Assembly (NCBI GenBank): GCA_963920595.1
Contig: OY986947.1
Coordinates: forward strand, 1,302,001 to 1,366,000
DNA: 64,000 bases
Direction of reading: 5' to 3'
Source: Eimeria praecox
Lineage: Eukaryota
In this document: positions 12,901-26,769 of the stretch, piece after piece
How the letters are laid out: each line of letters begins with the position of its first letter
Numbering within the stretch: the first letter of the stretch is position 1
Translations under genes and position numbers: made by a program
The notes under the pieces: model-generated
Told to the model about the DNA's origin: nothing
The model's database searches: none
Seen by the model: the letters and a program-made list of their open reading frames with translations, nothing else

Positions 12901-15900
12901 TCAGACGGGTCTCTTTGCGTTATTCGTCGCAAGGAAAAGCCCGCAGCAGGCGCCTCGCGAATTTTTTGTGGAAGTGAGCAAGCACCACTCTAACTTATGA
13001 GCTCAGATCCGCTTCTGGCACTCTCTGTTTGTTCCCTTTCTGCTTACATTGTCTATATCAATCTAGGTTTCGCACATGACCCCTCTTCTGGCATCGCAAT
13101 CACTACGTTTATTGTTGCCTGCTCGCTTGTCAAGCGTGGATGGAGGACAACACAGGCGTATTCTAACTTCTTATGACCCTTGTCTCAGCCTCCGCCTGTA
13201 CAATCTGGGTGCCTCAGAAGTGTACCGAATGCTACGATCCTTCTTTGTGCCTGCTGTAATAGGTGGGAGCCCGCTGCCGCTAACCGGCCAGGCAGTCGCT
13301 CTCTTAAGGAGAAGGGCCATCTTGTTGAGTGAGCTATCGGCAGTAGCAGGGAACCCATTCCTGTACAGAATGAACTCAAACACTGTGAATCCACCTCAAA
13401 GTGACTCTACCCCTGACACGTCGCTTGCGCAGTTAAATTTCACATCTGCAGAACAGCAGCAGCTACTGCAGCAGCAGCAGGTGCCGCAAGCTCAGCAGCA
13501 GCAAAGGAACCCAGAAGTGCTTCTGAGCTCTCAACCTGCCCGTGGAGCGAGGTCTTCACACAGCACCAGCGCGCAACAACAGAATCCGCAACATGAACGA
13601 GCTACACAAGAGCTGTTAGTCCGAGCCCTGCAGCATCTTCTTGAAGTTGGGGCAGAAAGTTTGCAGCTCCTTGACGTGGACGGAGAAGTTCGCCACTTTT
13701 CGGTTTTGCATGAACAGCTTAACTTCAAATGGTGAGAGCGGACGCAGAATGAGCAGTGGCGTGACGGTAAACGTCAAATGAGTAATACAGCATCCCACCA
13801 CTAGCAGGATGACGTATGTTCCCGTGTTAGCAACAAAGTACACTGCAGCGGCACATGCAGCCCTTATATCTGCCCTATCTCGCCTTGTATATGTCTGCAG
13901 CCTGCGCCGGCTATCGTTGGGGTGGACTATTACACCAGAGCTGCAGCAGCTACTTTTTCTGTTCAGCAGCAAGAAGTTGAGGTCATTGCAAAAGCTAAAC
14001 TTCAATGGTCCAGCTCAAATTCATCCGGAAGCATATATACACATTAACCGTTTCGGCAGCTCTGCAAACAGCAATACGTGCAGTGCCTGGGGCGATCCAT
14101 GTGCAGCTCCCCTGGATGAAGCAACTCTAAGGCGTAGCGCAGGGCTCAACAACTACGGACTGGGCCAAATTCACCTCCAGCTCTACGCCCTCCTCAATTG
14201 TGGAGCGTGTAGTGTTTCACAAATAGACTACGCACGTCAGCAGTTGCTGCAACAACAGTTACAGATGCTCGCCAACTACAAAAAAAACAGATGCATCGTG
14301 AAAGAAATCAAAAACCAGCGCGATCCGCTGTGCCTTGAAATAGAGTACAAAGCACTCAGTAAGGCAGGAAGCTCGCCCTGTTGCAGCTGTTTCCATATTC
14401 CAATGGGTTTTATATCGCACTAAAGATTCTGCTTGCTACACTAGCTTTCCGTTAAATTGGTGAAGGATCCAGGCCATCGAAGGGTCCAGCAGACTCGGGC
14501 TTGCTTTTCTCTTTGTGGCTACAGTGGCACCAGCAGAGGGCCCGAAAGAAGAGGATTCTTCCAAAGACCGAGACCAGGTGAGCAGTCAGCTTACGTCGCC
14601 GCTATAGCACCGAAGCTTTCAACGTCCTAGATGCAGTTGTTCACTACTTCCTTTGGGCGGCCGTAAACAATTATACTCTGCAAACACCTACTTACAGCTA
14701 GAAGCTGCAGCAGCAGGAAAATACAACATACGAGGCAGCAGCTAACAGCAGAAGCAGCCCCCGGGAGAACTATCGTGTACACAAGTAGAGGAACCAGCTT
14801 GCTTCTTCGTGCGCCATAGGGTTTGTACACCGATCTCAACTTGTTTCTGCCCTCTGCCTCAGGACTCGAAAGATGAGCGCTGCTTTACTCGGGAGATCTC
14901 ATCTGAGGCGAGCAGCAAGGACCGCCTAGGGACCCAGAAGCAGCCGGTAGACACTTGTGGGAGCGTTACTGCTGAGTTCAATCGGATGTTGCTTCAAGAA
15001 GAGGGAGAGGCGCTCAACAAACCTGAAACAACAAGCGGCAGCTCTTGTCGCCATCGAGTTCAACAGGTGTGATTTTTGCAGTGTTTAGGGTGTATAGCTT
15101 GAGGCTTACGCTTTAGAGATGCCTGATTTTCGACTCCATTTGGGAATGTCTGTAGAGGCACGACTATTGAATGGGGTCTTGTAGAAGGAGCAGCTGAACC
15201 AATTCATCGTCCCCTCCCCTGGGAAGCTCTAGGGATTGTGCTTCTCTCGCTGACGGTTGAAGGTGTGACAGTTTGAAGTCGTGATTAGTTGTTCGATGAA
15301 TGCAGGCAGGGTCCTGGCTGTGGCGCGCTATCCCTTCCTCCCTGCGGGGTCTAACGGGTTCTCGAGGGTTCTTCAGCGAAGCAGCTCCTTCTCTGTTGGA
15401 GCCCCAACTAGAGGCTGCGGGCGCACTTCACAATGGGGAGAGGGTAGAAATACAGCCTTCCCAACAGTGTGGGCAACTGGGACAGAATGCCCCAGCTCCC
15501 ACTGTGCAGAAATACCCACCTGAATGTCCCTCCGATGACACTGCAGCCGCTCTAATTCGGCAGCAAGACGAACACGGCCTTCCCGCACGGAGACGTAGAC
15601 CCTCTGCAAGCGCAGGAGGGAACGGACACTCCTCGGACACAGAAAGAACAGCAGCAATAGTCCCATCTGGGGGCCCCCGCCCAAAGAGGCGGCGGCTGGT
15701 TGAGAAGCCATTGGGTGAGCCAATAGGCGCAGCCAAAACGAAGGTCGAGGCACTTAGGAGGCACCTTGCTGCGTTTGCTCGAGACCACCTGCCGCTGCTA
15801 GGTGACCTCGTATGTCCACATCTGGAGGCTCTTGGTTCCCTTGGTGAGGCCTGTATGCAAACCCATGATGAAACGCTCCCCTCATTGGAATATATCCCTA

Positions 15901-17965
15901 AGGAGTTATCCGGAGCGCACTTGAGCCTAAGACGCGCAGAAATGAATGTTTTGAAGGGCGTTACTTCTTTTCTGCTGGATGCGGCTGGAGAATTTCTTGG
16001 GCCGATGATGGAGGGGACTGACAGTACCACTGGGGCCAGCAACAAGGACAGCAGCAAGCGCAGCAGCAACGAAACCAGCAACAACAGTAGCGACGGGAGC
16101 AACGTGCCCATAGAAAGCATATCGGCGCGTTCATCCCCCATGCCTGGTCATTGCCTCAATCAGGCTAACAGGAGCTCCACTGCTTCCTCTTTGCTGGCAG
16201 TACACCCTACCCACCCACTACAGCCGTTGCTTCGCGAGCTCCAGCGACAGCAAGAGGAAGACGATGAACTGTCCTTGTTACGTCTGCTACAGCATCCTCC
16301 TTCCCCCCGTACCAGCTGGTCTCATGGTGTTTTCTTCAAGTATGCGTATGTTGACCTTGACTTCGAGTGTCTTGCCACCTTTCGCATCTGCCTTTGTCAC
16401 CACCCCTTATTCATCTTTTACAAAGAACATGAGAAAGGGCTGCATGTGCTGCACGTTGACGGTGAGTGAAGTTCCGTTTGGGTCCTGTGCGCTCTAGAGC
16501 TACTTCATAGGCGCTTGCAGTCTGCCTGCGGTTGTAGCTAGTGCGACAAATTCCCACGAATCCAGCTTCTTTTAGATCATTTGCTTTTCCCAGTAGTTCC
16601 CGAACATGTAAGATTAGTCCATCGTAACCGCTGCTTCACTTGCTGGTATGCACCTCACTGTTGATGGTTGTGCCGGTGCAGGGGTGTTCAACGCTGGAGC
16701 CGATAGCGCCCAGGAGAAAACGGGTTAGCATGCTTTTCTACCTCTGGAAATAGTCACCTGCCTTCTCGAGACACTGCATTGCTTGCGGCTTTGCTACCCG
16801 GGAATATGCAGCACCGCCTGGGCTGAAGGCGTGGTGACCCGAGTTGCGTGGCTACCCGTGGTAGCCCTCTTAAAGCTACTCTGTTCGCATTGGTGTGCCT
16901 GTGCAGAGCTCTGGAGAGAGCGCCTTTCGTACAACTACGTGTGCGACCCTGCTGTCCCTTTCGATCAACAGCCGCAACAAGTACAGCAGCAACAGCAGCA
17001 AGAGCAGCACCAGCAGCAGGACCGGCGCTCCCAGCTCCCTCAAGAAAGTCTGGAGGAAACTGAGGCAGCCGGCACAAGCCGGCTGACTACATCGCGTAGT
17101 TCGCGCAGAGGTGGAAACAATGCCGAAGTTAGAGATGCACCAGCGGAGAGGACTGGAAACCGGGCCGATAGATCGACCCGTATTCAGCTGCCCGCAGGAT
17201 CGATAACTGGATGTACGGACCCTCTTCTGGTCACACCCCAAACACCTCGAGAAGGAGACATAAGGCTCTGCTCTGCAAAGGCAAGCATCTGCCGTACATT
17301 GCTATTGCCAAAACAAGTGGATGAGGAAACGCCGTCTACGTTGCTACCCCATGTGGGGCCTCAAATGACGGGTAACTATACTATCGTCATTCTGCCAGCA
17401 TGCACTTCTACTCGCGCACCTTAAATTGGCATCCGCCTTTTCATTTGCGCCTGTCCTTGTTCACTTTTTCATCATTTTCAGTACACGGGCTCGTCCCTCT
17501 TGTTCTCTGCTGTGTTCCCATGACCCCCTTACTTCGCTAAGGCTGTAGAATATTTCACGCGCGTTCTCAGAAGTAGCGGTAGCGTTATCCCACACCCATG
17601 CTTGCCAATGCTGTGGTTGCATTTCTGATACTGCAGGGTACGATCTTTTTTGCCTGGAAATGTGGTCAGTCTTGTCCCTGTGTCGAGACCAAGTGTGCCC
17701 TCCCAGCCTTGCGCAGTACTTGGCGGCCCTCAGGCGGCTGTGGGCTGAGACGCTTACACAACAGCAGCGGGATATCTACAACAATATTATAACTCCTAAA
17801 TACATTGCTCGACGTCTAAAAGCTCCAGACCTCACATTCGAAGCTCTTCCACCGTGGTGGCAACAGCAGCAAGAAACCCAAAGCCGCAGGCGGCCAAAGG
17901 GTGCAGGCGGCGCCTCGCCTAGTATAGAGGGAAATCCACCTGCCAGCTCTCCAGAAGGACTTTAG
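9954..17965 (+). CDS. Large multi-exon protein with F-box-like motif, LRR-like segments and a C-terminal HMG-box-like motif; exons approx. 9954-11942, 12186-12269, 12472-~12973, ~13067-13730, ~13900-14358, 14525-14577, 14864-15066, 15306-16461, ~16682-17371 (possibly split), 17637-17965
   Basis: A 668-aa first ORF contains HILELSPLLLAKVLQLLPVGSVAAFGSTCWRARRV (F-box pattern). LRR-like LxxLxL segments follow: LSGLKSLELEL, LCHLKSLSAKL, LPLLKSLYID, LRRLSL, LRSLQKLNF. Successive same-strand ORFs are bounded by GT/AG sites. The junctions near 12973-13190 are unresolved. Confidence 0.7.
11325..11366 (+). repeat. (GCA)7(GCT)6GCA trinucleotide tract encoding 14 Ala
   Basis: Read directly from the sequence, in frame in ORF 9954-11960. 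Confidence 0.95.
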
Positions 17966-19191
17966 AAGCCCTGACCCTTCTGCCCTTCTTGTGTTTGTAT
18001 CGCATTGACGTACCCCGAAGCGCAGTGACTGTTTATGAATATGCCTTCACCTTAAGTGCTTAAAACATCGGACCTGAGCCTTTTATCCCCGTTTCTCTTA
18101 GCTTTTTTGCTGCTGATAATGATCTCTTTTTACCGCGTGCTTAAGCAGGTAGCTTATGTTGCATAGTCCTGATATGGAGGCAACTGTCGTTTCCAAGGGC
18201 ATGAGGATTAGCAGCGGATTCTGTGTCTTGACTAAATGCCCCTTTAGGATGGTTTTGGTAGAGCGTAAGAACAAAAGCATTTTCCACTGCAAGCCTTTAT
18301 CAAGGAAAACGCATTTTAGACAGTCACTCAGCAGAGTATTCTAGGCAGGCAGCGCCAGAAAACTAAACGGTATCAGGCTGAATCGGCTTTAATTTAATCC
18401 GACTGGTCCCAGGGAAGTTCACGCTTTGAGGGGTGGTGGCAGTGCGGTGAACGTTGTGCTGGTGCTATACCTAGCTTCTGTATGAGTCATGGCAAACTAC
18501 TCTTCCCCGCACTGCGTCCACTGGGTAGTATTAAGTAACAAGGATTGCTCCAATCACCGAGGGTTGCGTAAATCTAGCTATCCGGCTATCCAAGGCACGC
18601 AGAATACAAAATGCCCCCTTCCGCGATAGCCTCTGAGGGCTTGTTGGTAATGGCTTTTGAAATGCACCTTGTTTTAACCTTCCTGACAATGAATCTTTGG
18701 CGCTTGCCTGGCAACCTGGAGTGGTGTGCAATGCACTAGCTTAGCTGCAAGGGGGCCGGTGTCGTGGGGCCCAGTCTAGCGTGCTCCTTCATACTATCCA
18801 TTTACGCACTCGCCCATGTAAAATTGGAATGAGCCCTTCTTAGGGAAGGCAGGAGTTTTCCCGTTTTATCGAACCCTTAAGACACCATAAAAGCGTATTC
18901 CATTATAAGTGCAGGCCCTGATCATTCAGTATTGGAAACGGAGTAAAATATACACGGAGTGATTGTTGCGAAAAAATCACCGTCAGCCTGCTATGCAGTG
19001 GGTTCACGCACTGCCACTTTTAAGGAGTGCTTCATTGGCCTTCGCTGCGTGTCCCTCCTTAAGGAAGGCGTTGAAGATTGGTTTCAAGTTAACTAGACTA
19101 CAAGTGTGTGACAGTTTGCTGGACTGTCAGGTCTCGTTGCCGCCCCCGTAAGCCACCTCTTCGCATTATCTTCTTCAGGTATACTTGTAAT

Positions 19192-22100
19192 CTAGCATAT
19201 GCTGTCTGCCTCCACGGCCGCTACAAAGGAACCAAAGTTTGGTCTCCGGGGAGGCAACGGCAGCAGCCTTGCTGATGGTGCAACAGCATGCATGCAGTTG
19301 CTGCTTTCGGGGTGTGGTATTGCTTTTGTAGCAATCTGGGAAAGTGATCCGGGACAGAGGCACAATTTGTTTTCAGCAGCATCTTCCACAAGTAGTGCCC
19401 TCCCGCTAATGGCATTATTATCCGTGTTTCCATTCGTCCGTTTCACTGATATTTCCACACCTGTTTTTCTTTCTTTTAGTGCCTCATGGAAGCCATGCAT
19501 CCAGTCAGGTTTATGGGTAGCTGCCTGCTTGCTGCTGGCGACCTCTGCTGTTTCCCCACTACGCTGAGTAGCGGCGTGTCTTGTTAAGGCCCTTGCGCCC
19601 AGCGCACGCCTGTATTGTAGGGCTGCTCCTTCACGAGTTCTTTGAGGCCGGATTATAGAAATGGATCCCAGGTTCTTCTGCATGCGAAGGAGGAACAGAT
19701 TTCTCTGTCTACGAAAACTGTCCTCAAAAAGTTGGCTAAAAATTGAGATGCTCGGGTCCCGTTGATACGCCATGGGGATGGCGTTGCAACGGTACCTCCC
19801 TGGTGTGCCCTGCAGGCCTTCAACTAATGAAATATCCCCTGCTTTGAGGCTAGAGGCTTTAGCGGGAATATTTCCTCGCTGCCCACTACTGCTATCCCGT
19901 ATGGCGGTACTGCTGCTATGGGAGTAAGCATGCGAGGCTCTATTGCCTCTGCTCAAGCTTCGGCGGCTTGCATTTAATGCTCTGGTCATGGGCATACTGT
20001 TGCGCTTGCGAAAAGCTGCCACACCAGCTGGGAAATCAGATGGCTCGTTTCTCCGACCTCGAGAGGCACCTTCCCAATTGCATGAAGCACTCGACTTGGT
20101 CTGAAGTTTGTGAATAGGAATGCTACTGTCATTGGGCAAACTGGGTGCAAAAGTCACTTCAATCTGCGAATATGATCGTTCGCCATCCACAGCTTCCCTT
20201 GCAGACATATTCCTCCCCGGTGAGGGAAACGACAGCTCCAGCCCGATGGCAAGCTTAGGGCACGTCCGCTCGGATCGACCTCGCGGTAGCATTGGCCCCC
20301 CTAAATCGTCATGAATCTCATTAGGATCCAGATGCGAGATTCGCGGCAGGGTCAGCTGAAGCTGCCAGTCATTCTCTCCTTCACGTATTGAATATTGTGG
20401 GGGACGGCCCAAGGAGTTATCTGGTTCTTCGGAAGATGCGATACACCGTTGAGGCTCCTTCGCAGCAACTCTATTGGACTCCTGTGATTGAAAAAACACT
20501 TCGCCTTGTAGAGGTTGGGCAAGCTCTTCACTCTTGGGCGACGTATGCAATATTGGTCGCTTTTCTTGCCGTGCCTCTTCACTCAGCTTTGCGGTCAGTA
20601 GCTGTTGTTGTAAGCCAGGAGGCCGCTCAGTCGTGGCGCCAGGGACACCTTCTTTCCCCGAGATGCCAGCGGTCACTTGAGCTGAGTCACCCACAGAGAG
20701 AGCAGGGCTTTGAGAGTCGGAAAGGAGCTTGTGTGCTCGCTGCTCGCATCCACCGACAACGGCTAGCGCTGCTGCTGTTGCTGCTGCTGCGGCCTCCACG
20801 AGGGCGGCGGGCCTTTCCTGACAACAAATTGCTGTTGCCTTCCTGCGGCCCAAGGTGGATTTATATACACTCCGCCTGAATATACGATCGTTTTTAAGGC
20901 GGTTGCTCGGGAATATATCGTGGTTCAACCTTTGCTGAAACTGTGTCTGCTGAAGTTCCAGCGTTCGCTCCAATTGCTGCCGCTGAATTGTAAGCTGCTT
21001 GTTGAGCAGCTCTACATGCTTTCGTCGGCTGTGTATTCTCCTCTTTAGCGCTTCTTCCTTCAGATACAATGTGCGAGAGAGATAGAAGCGGCGGAATAAC
21101 GTCCCACGATGGTGCATCAGCAGCACGCTGTCCCGCATCCGATTACTGCAGAGTATTGGAGTACGGCAAAAGGTGTGCTCATGCCATATACCCGAACGGC
21201 AACACATCACCCCGCTACACTGGCAGGCACCGCCTATTGGGTGCAGGCAATGCATTGCTGCTCTCCTGAGGGCTCCAGGGACGCGCACTTCCGCCTGGCC
21301 TGGAATGCATCGAGTACCTGGTGTATGCTGTCTCCTGCCATAGCAGAAGGCGTGAAGTTCAGAGTCAACAGTGGGTGGGCAGTAATTATCTTTCTGCACA
21401 TGCGCTTGGCGTTGGCCTCGAGCGTGCAGCGGTGCTGAAAAGCCTGGAGACGGGTGAACAGCGGAAGGCAGGCCAGATGGCTCTTTTTGCGAGTCAGCTG
21501 GGCGTTGCACAAATGAGTCCCCTTCCGCACACTTAGAGGCCTTTCCGCTTAAATGCCCTACATTTACAGGTTTGTCTACCTGTCTTGCGCAGCACTGACT
21601 CTTCGCAACCTCCTCGTTAAACTGCAGGCTCCCAAAATGAATAATCCTATCATGAGGAGTTTCACAAGCATCCCCTAGTTTCACGGCTTCCCCGCCAGAA
21701 TACGCGCCAAAGCCACCCAGGCGCGAAATTAGGACAGAGTGAGGAGCAACCCAAATGGAACTTTTAGAGAGGCCTGCCAGCTCTGTGGCGGGCTGTTCTG
21801 AGCCGTGGCCGATGGTGCTGTGAGCCATCTGCTCTCCGCCCTCTGTAAACAGTATTGCTTGTGGATGCTTAACAATATGCTGTCCCAGGAAGTGGCGCAC
21901 CGCGTGAACACCATTAGAAACATTTAAAGCCTCCTCCCTGCTGCCCATTTGGGCAAAATTGCCCCCGATAACCATCGAAATTCCCACAGGTACTCCGCAA
22001 GGCATTACACCGGATTCTGCGCCAGGTTCGCCTGGGGGCTGCGCTGCTGCCACAGCATTCTCGCGAGGCTGTGAATCGAGAAGCAACTGTGAAGGATTAT

Positions 22101-25100
22101 TTGGCGTAGGGCTTTGTCTACAATGACTGTAAGGACTCTGGCTACTGGCGACGGAGATGGCATCCATCAACCCCTCCGGCTTCGAGCGCGCCTCATTCCT
22201 GAAATTTCCTTGGAAAGCCTGTGGCTCAGCCGGCTCCTGCTGAGGCTTTTCCACGTCAACACGGAATGGGGTAGCACGCTCTGCGCTAACTGTAGAGTCA
22301 ATGCATTCTATAATGCAGGCTGCATCTTGAGGCTCAAGATAGCCTAGCAAGTGTTGCGGTTCAGAGCTGCGGGCTGGCTCTCCCACTGACAGCCTCTTGC
22401 AGGTACCCATGCGTTCTTTAGTACACTTGTTTTTTTCTGTAAGCGGCATATCGGGGACCTGCGAATATGTTGCTCTGGCATAAGGTGTCAGCTTTACTTG
22501 TCGGCGTTGCCTAATTGGCAGTAGCGCCGTCTGCGCATCTTCAGAACACCCTGCATCCCATGACAGAGACCTAGAACGCTGAGGGCTGCTCACAGGCGGG
22601 CCGCTCCACTGCAAGTGGGTGACACCGTATGATCCCAAATCTATACAGGACGCAGCTCGTTGGTCGAGCATCTGGGGGTTGCAGAGGCTCAGGCTGACTT
22701 CCATCCGGTGCCCTTCGCATGGCATCACCTTCGGGGTTACCGCCTCCTTGCAGCATGTATCACATTCCTTAGAGGCGCTGCAGTGTTCTCTTAGCGTTTC
22801 TTCAGCTAAGCATTCTGAAGTTATGGAGCTACGTAATGAACTCCTGTGTGGTGGAAACGTTGTGCTGGTGTTCTCCAACTCCTGCACTCTTTCAGTGTGT
22901 TCTCCTGCTCTGTCATACGTCGCAGCAACTGCAGGTTGGTGATCGGTTTTTTCCCAATATAATGCAGGTTTACGGGTAGGTGAAGCCGTATTTGATCCTC
23001 CCACTGCACTCATGCTGCTACTGCTGTCCTCCAAACCTCGGTCATTTGTGGCCGTTTGTTTAACAGTCGCCGCTTTATTATATTTGCGTTGCTTACACAA
23101 GGCTTTAGGCGATATCTTTTGCTTTCTATGTCGCATAGCCAGTTCTCTTCCTCCATAATTGGGCTTCACTCGGCTTCTAGCGGACCTTCGACTCAATCTC
23201 TTCTGCAGCTGACTGCTGAAGGACTGAACTTCGCTGTGAGACTTTTTATAGGCTTCCTGAGCTGTCCTCTTTGTTTGGTGGCCAGAGCTCAGCAACCGTT
23301 TAAACGTCTTTGCGCTTACACTACTCCCCTCTGGTATCCTTATGCAGCCTTGCTTTGCAGTGTGTCCCTGCTCTCTGCTGCCACTCCTATCAAGACGATT
23401 GCCCTGTCTCTCAATTGTCATGCGGCGCTTGTTTGCTAATAATATGGGGAAGGTCACCTCCATATCGCCTAGACTGTTCGTTATGTTGTGGGTCGTGAAG
23501 GTCGTGTCCTTTTCGGGCCGTCTGTTTGGTGCTGCTTGCTGTTCCTGTCCAACTTGCACCCGAACGTGCTCGGCATCTGCAGAGATCTCCAACATCCCTT
23601 CTTGACTGCAAGAATAGGAAGAAGGAGGAGCTAAATCACGTGGGATGCTGACTTCCGGGGTGTTCCTGGTGATAAGGTGTTCTCTAAGTCGCTGAGGAGA
23701 TCGACGGAATACTGATGTCCCTCGCCTCCAGGCTGCGCTCGATGCATGCAAGCTTTTCGCCATTACGCCCAAAGCTTCCCTAGACGTCCGCTGAACGTTT
23801 ACGCCCCCAGAATAGAGTCCACCAGCATCACTCTGAGTTCGTCGGGCAGCCTGACAACCGGCTAGACTGTCCATTCTCTCCCGGCCTGAGGTGGCCACCA
23901 AAGGAATTTACAACTCGTCAAGGAATTGTGACTGAGCGGTCGTAGCAACATAACTGCAGTGCCTTCAATGTTGTGCTTTATAGTACAATGCAACGATTGC
24001 TAATGGTACAGCCACGCGTATTTTCATGGAATTTATGGCCGTGGGTTTTTGTAGCACGACGGCGGGTAAACGGATGCCACCTGCGCTGCTCACCTTCCAC
24101 GTGGGGCCTCAGGACGGCGTACCTCTGGAGGAATCTACGGCTGGTGAGGCATGGTTGTAGTGGTTCCACTGAACAAACGCAGTCTCGCGTCTAATGGGGG
24201 TGTCCCCTGGAACTCGGGATGTGTTCAGAACAGGGACCATCACCGTCTTAGAGCGCAGTATCCGCGCTCCTGGACTGATGGGAGTGGTAGATTGCCCATC
24301 TTCTTTTTTCTCCACAACCCGCCCATGAGTGTCGTATCCTGCCAAGGCATTGCTTGGTGCGTCGAGGTTTTCCTGAGCTCCCTCAAGGAGCTCCTCTTGA
24401 CTTAAGATGGACCGTATCCTCCCAGGGGGACCATCCACATTTTGCACGACTTCCCCACCAGGCCAGCTGTTTTGGTTAGTCTGCTGGGCTTCATCCAACT
24501 CTTTTTCTTTCACTTCTGTTTGGAAGTGCTTTGATTCCAAACTTTTAAGTCCAGAGCCTTCTGTGCGCTCTTCGCTTGCTGATTGAGTTGGCGGCGCAGC
24601 ACTGTGCGCCAGTGGATTACTGCCCAAATGCAACTGTTCGTTAGGGCCGTTGACACTAGACGATCCATCTACTCCAGTGTCCCCATGGCCATTCACGCCA
24701 CATGGGCTCTTCTTTTGCAGTGCAGACTGAGGAGAAAGTTCTTCTGGATGCTCTGGAACAGCTGCCACGAGGTTACCACAGATAGATGCAGTAGAGAAGG
24801 GATCTGGTAATCCGTTTCCATGCACCTGTTGGCCTTGCTGAACCCGAGTCTTGAGTTGGGGAGGAAGGCAAAGACCTCCTTGCACATTAAGACTCATGTG
24901 CTCTGTTGGCATTCTTGCCCCTTCCGTCGCATCCAAGTCCCCCGTGAGTGAAGGGTCTCCCATTATTTCTACCGTCGGCATTTTGTCTCCACTAGAGTTA
25001 GGCCCGTTGCATAGAGGAGGGTGAGGACGCTCCAACGCCTGCCCAAACAGCCCACGCTTATGCACAGCAGGAACTGCAGTCGGCCAGGACAGAAGCCCTG

Positions 25101-26028
25101 CTAGTGAAGAGGTTAGCTTGTACGCAGTGATATGTTGGGTGCTTTATTGCATTGATAATACGCATATTAGGGCTCTACAGCTAGCTTTCATGAACTTTTA
25201 TCGATTGTCGTAGTGCTTTCGTTGGTGGAAAGCCATGTTAATGAGTCCGATACTACAATTACCACCTTGGCCTCCCTCGGTTCACTACGTTTCAGAAGGG
25301 TTGAGCTATACCAGAGAAGTAACGTTTTGTGGAGAAACATCCTGTATCCGTTGTCTGGCTGCGTCGACTTTAGTAGGATGGAACAAGCTAGCAGGAGCCA
25401 GTGAAGAGCGGTTTGCAACGGCTTTTTCATCCACGTCATGTCGGATTTCATCACCGCAGCGGGATGGAGGCAACCTTGGAGTATTCTGCTGCGTCTGTTG
25501 GTAGAGAAGAAATCTTCGCGGTTCTTCTATCTGAGTAGTGTCTGCTGAAGCTGGGAAGAGCCGCGGATGGGAAGGGGGAGGTGTGGCTCGCGATGAGGCC
25601 AACTGTCTGCTCGGAGAGGCGGTTCGGCTTCGAGGTGCAGAAGCGAGCAAAGATAACTCAGGTACCCGCGAGCTTTCCTCGCTGGAGTGTTCAATAGTAG
25701 CAATGGGTATTCCATCAGTAGGGGGAACTTCGGCAATGCTATAGTAAACTAGCTCCTTTGTGGTGGGGACTCTTACACAGGGCTGGGGGAGGTTTTGAGT
25801 GTTGCAGGATTTTTCCTGCTTCTTGCAGCAAGCAAGCGAGCGATCGCATTCATACACTGCATTCATGGCCCGCAAATGCTGCTCCATGTAGCATTTGCGG
25901 ACCAGAGCTTCTAACAACGCGGGTTGTGGAAGCCACACCAAGAGGGAGCACCAGCGCCAATACGGACACGCATCACTCTTTGCAACATAATTCGCAAGGG
26001 CAGCACCAGTGCTGCCGGGGCCTTCCAT
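19192..26028 (-). CDS. Very large (~2,100 aa) S/Q/R-rich, probably disordered hypothetical protein with a short coiled coil; about 3 exons (26028-~25312, ~25100-24123, ~23955-19192)
   Basis: Three collinear minus-strand ORFs (240, 318 and 1569 aa) separated by short gaps with GT donors (CTG|GTATAG, GAG|GTACGC) and AG acceptors. Coiled-coil segment EEALKRRIHSRRKHVELLNKQLTIQRQQLERTLELQQ. Confidence 0.75.
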
Positions 26029-26769
26029 TGTAACAAGTTGCCTTATTCCGACCAGGTATGCGACTACGTATTACCTCCGCCACTTTACAGGGAAACCCCT
26101 TCTCCATACCACTGCTTTTCGTCTCTCCTCCTACATAATAAAGACTAACTTAACTGTACAGTAGCCAAACTCGATGCTCAAGCATATCCCTGCACCATAA
26201 GCACTCACATTGCTAGCTTGTAAGCGAAATGCGAATTCTTAAGCTTGGATGGATAGAGTTCTTTTCCCTTCCAAGCAAAACGAAGCATTATCATGTAAAT
26301 TCAGAAGGGCTGCAGCCAGCATTCTTCACAGCTTTTATTTGCTCAAGGGGCTTGGTACAGTAGCAGCGCACGGGCTGCCTCAAGTCAGGAAGAAGTGGGG
26401 CTGGTAAGCATGTATCACTGGTCGTCGCCTCAGACTTCTTTAAATAAATATTATAAAAACTCAAGTAGGAAGAGTGCAGCTTGATTACCACGGAAAGTGT
26501 CAATGAACACCGGTGGTGACCTGGTGACCTAACCAAACGCTGCTTGCTCGGGAGCCTGCAGGCTGATCTCGAATAACAGGACTGCTGATACACCTTTGGC
26601 TTCTTACCTTCCCAGAAATAATCCAATTGTCATTACGAAACAATACGACGACTAAATATATCAGATATGGGCCATCCAATAATGAACACAACTGTGCATT
26701 GGTCGAGCTGCTGCATTCATCGAACTGCACAAGTGTGGCAGAAAAAATAACCCCAATTTCCTTCTTTCA

